DNA from: Octopus vulgaris | Lineage: Eukaryota | DNA length: 64,000 nt | Direction: 5' to 3' | Assembly: GCA_951406725.2 (NCBI GenBank) | Contig: OX597825.1 | Span: forward strand, 70,060,001 to 70,124,000 | Shown: positions 57,441 through 64,000 of the stretch, piece by piece | How positions within the stretch are numbered: position 1 is the stretch's first letter | Layout: every line of letters starts with the position of its first letter | The notes under the pieces: generated by a model | What the model saw: only the letters and a program-made list of their open reading frames with translations | What the model was told of the DNA's origin: nothing | Database searches by the model: none | Made by a program: the position numbers and the translations under genes

Positions 57441-57627
57441 ATGTGAATGCGAGTATATAATATAATTAAGTGAGATATTATATAGTTAAATAGGAAAGTA
57501 GACAGGGAAATGAATAAATAGACCGATGTGTATGTAGCTAAATAGACATGAATATACGTCCAAGTGTGTACATGTATTTACACTAACACATGGATGTGTG
57601 TGAGTATGCATTTATGTATATATATAT

Positions 57628-57661
<34 letters not shown>

Positions 57662-57666
57662 GTGTA

Positions 57667-57697
<31 letters not shown>

Positions 57698-59374
57698 AAA
57701 TAATATATATATATATATATATATACATACATACGTACATATTCAAGACTATATATATATATTTAAAGAATAAGGGGAAAATGGAGAGATTTATGATCCC
57801 TTAATGAGGTTTATTACCATTATTTGATATATGTGTATATATACACACACGTAGATATATATATGGATGTATGTATTTATATATATATATATGTATACAT
57901 ATTTATATACACGTAGATATATGCATATATATACATATATATATGTATATATATATATATATATACATATACACACATATACATATATACATATATATAC
58001 ACACATACAAACACACGCATACAAATACATACACATACATATATATATATATAAACACAAACACAGTCACACACGCGCGCACATCCACACACTCATACAC
58101 ACATACACACACACATACACGGAGAGACAGGCCAAAAATATATTCTGGAAACATAAGAGAGACTTCCGACAACATAAATTATACTGAAAAGGAGAATAAA
58201 AGAGAAATATATCAAGAGAGGGGCAGAAAGAAAGAAAGAAACAAAGAAACAAACAAAGGGAGTGAAAGAGAGAGAGAGAGAGAGAAACCATATATAGAGA
58301 GTGAGATGTCTATAATGAAAATGCACTCAAATCACTTAGTCTGTTGGAGTTGAAAGTTATGGAGGACGTTGTGTATTTAGATTCTGCTTATAGAAAAATA
58401 TATTTGCAAATATTTTGGACTTTAATGAAAGACATATCTATCTAGATTTGAAACTTTGATGAAACGTATACATGTGTGTGCGTGAGTGAGTGTGTGAGTG
58501 TGCGGGCATGTGTATGTATATCTGTGTGTGTTTGCGTGTGTTTGCGTGCGTTTTTTGTAATGATTTTTTCGATTTTGATGAATGGTGAAAAATGAAACTG
58601 TAAAGAAAAATTCATCTATATTTTATAAAAAAAATTAACATTTATTTTTGCGTAAATATATATGCACCACCACCCCCACCCACACACACACGCACACCCA
58701 TATACATATATATGAATGTATGTGTTTTATGTATCTGTGGGTGTCTTATAAAATCTAAAGAAATGAAGTAAATAGCTTTTTTTTCCGATGAATATTATTA
58801 TTTTTTTATATCTGAAATATCATTACTTTCGTTCCATTCATGAAACCATTAACTTCTCAAAAATAAAATGGAGTAAAAAAAATTGGTATCTAATCTTATT
58901 GAACTTGCATATTGTATAATCATGTCGGTCTACGCCGCTTACGCAACTCGTTCTCTTCTTCATCTCCCCCTCTCCCTCTCTCTCTCTCTCTCTCTTTCTC
59001 TCTCGCATACCTATACATATATATGAATATATATATATATATGTGCGGTAAGTATTGTCATTTCTATGTATTTATGCACAAGGCCATGCATAAATACATA
59101 TGTATCTGTATGAATCTGTGTATGAATGAGTGTGTGTGTGTGTATGTGTGTACTGCGTGTGCGCGGGGTGTATCTGTGGACGGTTGTTTGTGTGTGTACG
59201 TGCACGTGTGTGCCTTTGTGTGTGTAAGTGTGTGAGATTGTGTGTGTGTGTCTGTGTGTGTGTGTCTGTGTGTGTGTGATGTCGTATTCAGTAAAGTTAT
59301 CGATGTACAAATAACTTTGAATTTCTTTTTTCAAAAATCTGATTTTGCTTTCAGTAAAACTCATAACGTATGCA

Positions 59375-59892
59375 CACATATACATACATACATACATACA
59401 TACATACATACATACAAACATACATACATACATACATACATACATACATACATACATACATACATACATACATACATACATACATACATACATGCATGCA
59501 TACATACATGCATGCATACATACATACATACATACATACATACATACAAACATACACACACACATACTCACACATACATACATACATACATACACACACA
59601 GACATACATACATACATAATACAAACATACATACATACATACATACACACATACACACACACATACATACATACATACATACATACATACATACATACAT
59701 ACATACACATACACACATACATACATAAAGACATACATACATACATACATATATACATACATACACACATACATACATACATACTTACACACACACATAC
59801 ATACATACATACATAAAGACATACATACATACATACATACATACATACATACATACATACATACATACATACATACATACATACATACACAC

Positions 59893-59925
<33 letters not shown>

Positions 59926-59988
59926 TACATACACACATACATACATACATACATACATACATACATAATACAAACATACATATATACA
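59375..59988. repeat. Compound (TACA)n/(CA)n microsatellite
   Basis: Direct reading. Confidence 0.95.
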
Positions 59989-60009
59989 TGGCTGTTATAC
60001 AAGTGTATA

Positions 60010-60260
60010 AAAAAATCTCCTACATCATCTGCAGCTCCTTCAAAATGTCTACGAGATATCATCTGCCCCTGAGGCATGATATTGTTGCAGTGATTATTTG
60101 CAACGCTATCCGCAGGAAGGAATGTCCTGAAGTCTGCATCAAAGCAAATCAGAACCAGCATGTATTTACACCATTAAAAACAAGGATTACTGGTGGAACA
60201 AACCAATAAAAGCAACAATTCGATATAAGCATAACATACCTGATATTGTTCGGTGGGACA
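60010..60260 (+). pseudogene. R4/Dong-type LINE RLE fragment
   Basis: ISYIICSSFKMSTRYHLPLRHDIVA...DYWWNKPIKATIRYKHNIPDIVRWD (RHD and PD motifs). Confidence 0.75.
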
Positions 60261-60261
60261 A

Positions 60262-60830
60262 AGGCGGCGAGCTGGCAGAAACGTTAGGACGCCGGACGAA
60301 ATGCTTTGCAGTATTTCGTCTGCCGTTAAGTTCTGATTTCAAATTCCGCCGTGGTCGACTTTGCCTTTCATCCTTTCGGGGGTCGATAAATTAAGTACCA
60401 GTTACGCACTCGTGTCGATATAATCGACTTAATCCATTTTTCTGTTCTTGTTTGTCCCCCCTGTTTTTGGCCACTTGTGGGTAGTAAAGAAATAGGTATT
60501 TTGTCTGCCGCTACGTTCTGAGTTCAAATTCCGCCGAGATCGACTTTGCCTTTCATCCTTTCGGGGGGTCGATAAATTAAGTACCAGTTACGCACTGGAG
60601 TCGATGTAATCGACTTAATCCGTTTGTCCCCCCCTGTGTTTGGCCCCTTGTGTGTAGTAAAGAAATAGGTATTTCGTCTGCCGTTACATTCTGAGTTCAA
60701 ATTCCGCCGAGGTCGACTTTGCCTTTCATCCTTTGGGGGTCGATAAATTAAGTACCAGTTACGCACTGGGGTCGATGTAATCGACTATCGCCTACCCCAA
60801 ATTTCAGGCCTTGTGCCTCTAGTAGATAAA
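60262..60830 (+). mobile_element. SINE family B, trimeric body, with 17-bp TSD
   Basis: Modules start at ~60311, ~60497 and ~60669; TSD ATTGTTC(G/T)GTGGGACAA at 60245-60261 and 60831-60847. Confidence 0.9.
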
Positions 60831-60926
60831 ATTGTTCTGTGGGACAAGGACAAAAGGAATTGGTTCCTCGAAAGTTCCGAGGATGGGAAAAATTATTTCC
60901 TGGAAAGTTCCGAGGTGGGACATGAA

Positions 60927-61769
60927 TTACTTTCTGATGTTTCGGGGCAATTGCAAAGTACCCGGATCAGAGTCATCCAAATCAGAATTCGGCAAAAACT
61001 CAGAGCCAGAATCACCATCAGATGTGTCAAAATTATCAGGAAAGTCTGAGCCTGAATCAACAGTACCTCTCGATTCAGCAGCCGCAGCTGACGATCGGGC
61101 TGATGGTGTGGGCGTGGTCTGACGCGAAGCAGCTGGTGTACTCGGACGCGACCGCAAATTTGCTGAAGGAGTAGGTCGCATCTCAGTCTCAAGTGTAAGT
61201 GTCTGTCGAGTGGATGTTTGATGCGACGACGAGCGAGTTGACGACGAGTGAGTTGACGACAAGCGAGTTGACGTCAAGCGAGTTGACGACGAGCGAGTTG
61301 ACGACGAGCGAGTTGACGACGAGCGAGTTGACGACGAGCGAGTTGACGACGAGCGAGTTGACGACGAGCGAGTTGACGACGAGCGAGTTGACGACGAGCG
61401 AGTTGACGACGAGCGAGTTGACGTCGAGCGAGTTAACGACAAGCGAGTTGACGACGAGCGGGTTGACGTCGAGCGAGTTGATGACGAGCGAGTTGACAAG
61501 CGAGTTGATGTCGAGCGAGCTGATGACGAGCAAGTTGACGACGAGCGAGTTGACGACGAGCGAGTTGACGACGAGCGAGTTGACGACGAGCGAGTTGACG
61601 ACGAGCGAGTTGACGACGAGCGAGCTGACGTCGAGCGATTTGACGTAAGTGTCGGCCGTGACAACGTTTGACTCGACGACGAGTCGGTTGCCGAGCGCTA
61701 CGACGAGCGTAAATTCGCTGATGGAGGACCGAAGCGCGTACGCAGAACTTGTAATTGATTTGAAGACAT
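60927..61769 (-). pseudogene. Ser/Thr/Arg-repeat plus acidic ORF, possibly a transposase N-terminus, with one premature stop
   Basis: ATG at 61769 in CAAAATG context, in frame with listed ORF 60927-61664; TAG at 61698-61700; ends DSGSDFPDNFDTSDGDSGSEFLPNSDLDDSD... Confidence 0.5.
61224..61645. repeat. 15-bp minisatellite (GAGCGAGTTGACGAC)n, about 28 units
   Basis: Direct reading; encodes (RSSST)n on the minus strand. Confidence 0.95.
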
Positions 61770-61805
61770 TTTGAATTATGATGCATTTTCGCTGGAGACC
61801 GTTAC

Positions 61806-61812
61806 TTTTATA
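61806..61812 (-). promoter_or_regulatory. Candidate TATA box
   Basis: TATAAAA about 30 nt upstream of an Inr-like TCATAAT and about 40 nt upstream of the ATG at 61769. Confidence 0.45.
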
Positions 61813-61963
61813 CCTCCTGTACCAATGCATATAAAATATCCGCATGTCATTGGTCGACTGCTAGTCTCATGACTTGAACGTAACCTAAAATAGCTAAGAT
61901 AATGCACGGGACGGCGAGCGCGCACACCTCAAGAGATAAAGTACATGATATCGAAAGTAAACA

Positions 61964-62370
61964 TAGGCGCAGGAGTGGCTGTGTGGTAAGTAGCTTGCTT
62001 ACCAACCACATGGTTCCGGGTTCATTCCCACTCTTGGCACCTTGGGTAAGTGTCTTCTATTATAGCCTCAGGCCGACCAAAGCCTTGTGAGTGGATTTGG
62101 TAGACGGAAACTGGAAGAAGCCCGTCGTATACATGTGTATATATGTATGTGTGTATATGTTCGTGTGTTTGTGTTTGTCCCTCCACCATTGCTTGACAAC
62201 CGATGGTGGTGTGTTTACGTCCCCGTAACTTAGCGGTTCAGCAAAAGAAGACAGATAGAATAAGTACTAGGCTTCCAAAGAATAAGTCCCGGGGTCGATT
62301 TACTCGACTAAAGGCGGTACTCCAGCATGGCCGCAGTCAAATGACTGAAACAAGTAAAAGAGTAAAAGAG
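61964..62370 (+). mobile_element. SINE family A, full length, nested in the piggyBac-like element
   Basis: 'aggcgcaggagtggctgtgtggtaag'...'gtaaaagagtaaaagag'. Confidence 0.92.
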
Positions 62371-62732
62371 TATACGTCATCCGCTAAAATGTCCGTGATA
62401 GATGATGTGGGGCAGCTCTACATCGTATATTTACGTTAACCACGGGTAGGCAAGCAAAAGTGTGATCGCGTATTTGCGTCAACCGTTGTCAAGGGGTTAA
62501 AGTAGCTTGCATTTCAATTCTGCGTATAATAAGCCAAATATGTATATGCATATATACATGTGTGTGTGTACGTGTGTATGTCTCCGCGTAGGCGTGTGAA
62601 TACATTTATGGATTTATAGATATAGAATACATATACACATATATGTGTATATACTTCTATAATATATATATACATGTATAATATATATATACATGTACAT
62701 ATATATGTATAATATATATATACATGTACATA

Positions 62733-62832
<100 letters not shown>

Positions 62833-62843
62833 TGATCTGCATA

Positions 62844-62906
<63 letters not shown>

Positions 62907-63186
62907 GTATATTTCTATTTTTTAGTGATGTGTCGCACCTTAGTCTAATATACACTCTCATACTCAAAGACGTTCATTAGTGATCAGAACTTGCCTCAGG
63001 CGTTTCATATTGTAGTTTTTACAAGTTGCTATATTTTCTTTAAGTGTTAGATTCAAGAAATGCATATACGTACACACATACATCAAAAGGAAACCTTATA
63101 TCAGATTTTAATTTTACTGGATGATCTATCACATTTACTTGTTCGGTGACACACACACAAACACACATACAGACACACACACACGC

Positions 63187-63218
<32 letters not shown>

Positions 63219-63222
63219 TGAG

Positions 63223-63308
<86 letters not shown>

Positions 63309-63475
63309 TGTCGATATAATATAAATGCATATATATATATATATACATCTAATTTAGGATAAAAAATTTTCGAAAACAATTCTATCAATGGCCAGCATGT
63401 TAAAAAATACCTTTAAGGGTTAAATTTATAAACAATTTATAAGTAAGGCCAAAAGAAAAAAATTCTAATGCCAAA

Positions 63476-63827
63476 ATATGCAGAAAATAGACAAAACGTC
63501 AATAACCATGTAATTTATCACTACAAGCACGAGAAAACCGACAGACATTTCTAAAAGAATCCCGTTATTACCAAAGCGGACCAGATTTCAGAGTTAGTTC
63601 ATAAGAACCTTCTCTTCATCAGTGATAAATGCGGCAAAAGTATTTCACTTATTTCTTTGCCGCATTTATCACTGATGAAGAGAAGGTTCTTATGAACAAA
63701 TTCTGAAATCTGGTCCGATATGGTAATAACGGGATTTTTTTTAGAAATTTCTGTCGGTTTTCTTCGAAACACGTGCTCGTAGTGATAAATTACATGGTTA
63801 TTGACGTTGTGTCTATTTTCGGCATAT
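63476..63827. repeat. ~350-bp imperfect palindrome with a hammerhead-like motif in its arms
   Basis: Arms 63476-63638 and 63656-63827 around a ~17-nt loop; CTGATGA at 63672 and CGAAAC at 63765. Confidence 0.9.
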
Positions 63828-64000
63828 ATATATATGTATATATATGTATATATGTGTATGTGTGCGTGTTTGTGTGTGTATGTTTGTCCCTCTAGCATTG
63901 CTTGACAACCGATGTTGGTGTGTTTACGTCCCCGTCACTTAGCGGTTCGGCACAAGAGACCGATAGAATAGAATAAGTACTGGGCTTACAAAGAATAAGT
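63828..64000 (+). mobile_element. SINE family A, 3' half (runs off the window)
   Basis: 'tgtccctctagcattgcttgacaaccgatg...gaataagtactgggcttacaaag'. Confidence 0.85.

Larger units (their letters stand above)
60860..62496 (-). mobile_element. piggyBac-like element 5' portion
   Basis: Minus strand begins TTAA|CCCCTTGACAACGG (TTAA at 62497-62500), followed by a TATA box and a low-complexity/acidic ORF; no catalytic domain or second TIR seen. Confidence 0.55.

Noticed and set aside
61199-61648. Plus-strand (SELTT)n mucin-like ORF
   Set aside because: Antisense reading of the 15-bp repeat; promoter, ATG and non-repeat peptide continuity favour the minus strand

Overview
This is AT-rich, microsatellite-saturated animal DNA. 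The SINE families and the (TA)n/(CA)n/(TACA)n/(GATA)n/(TAA)n load suggest an octopus genome, which is an inference. It is probably intronic or intergenic, with a 100-N scaffold gap at 55730-55829. I can support no intact host gene, and nearly all listed ORFs are translations of microsatellites or SINEs. Recognisable content includes dozens of tRNA-derived SINE copies from at least 4 modular families, and LINE fragments: RTE/BovB-like with a 13-bp TSD, Dong/R4-like in (TAA)n, and CR1-like. There is also a decayed Penelope-like RT, Tc1/mariner remnants, non-autonomous Helitrons, MITEs, and a piggyBac-like end next to a promoter and an ORF carrying a 15-bp coding minisatellite. The most notable item is a ~359-bp non-coding, highly structured monomer at 19561-20513, arranged as tandem plus head-to-head inverted copies. 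It carries a minimal type I hammerhead ribozyme with a compensatory U3-A8 core, so it resembles a retrozyme or non-autonomous Penelope-like element. Several other hammerhead-like motifs are scattered through the window.
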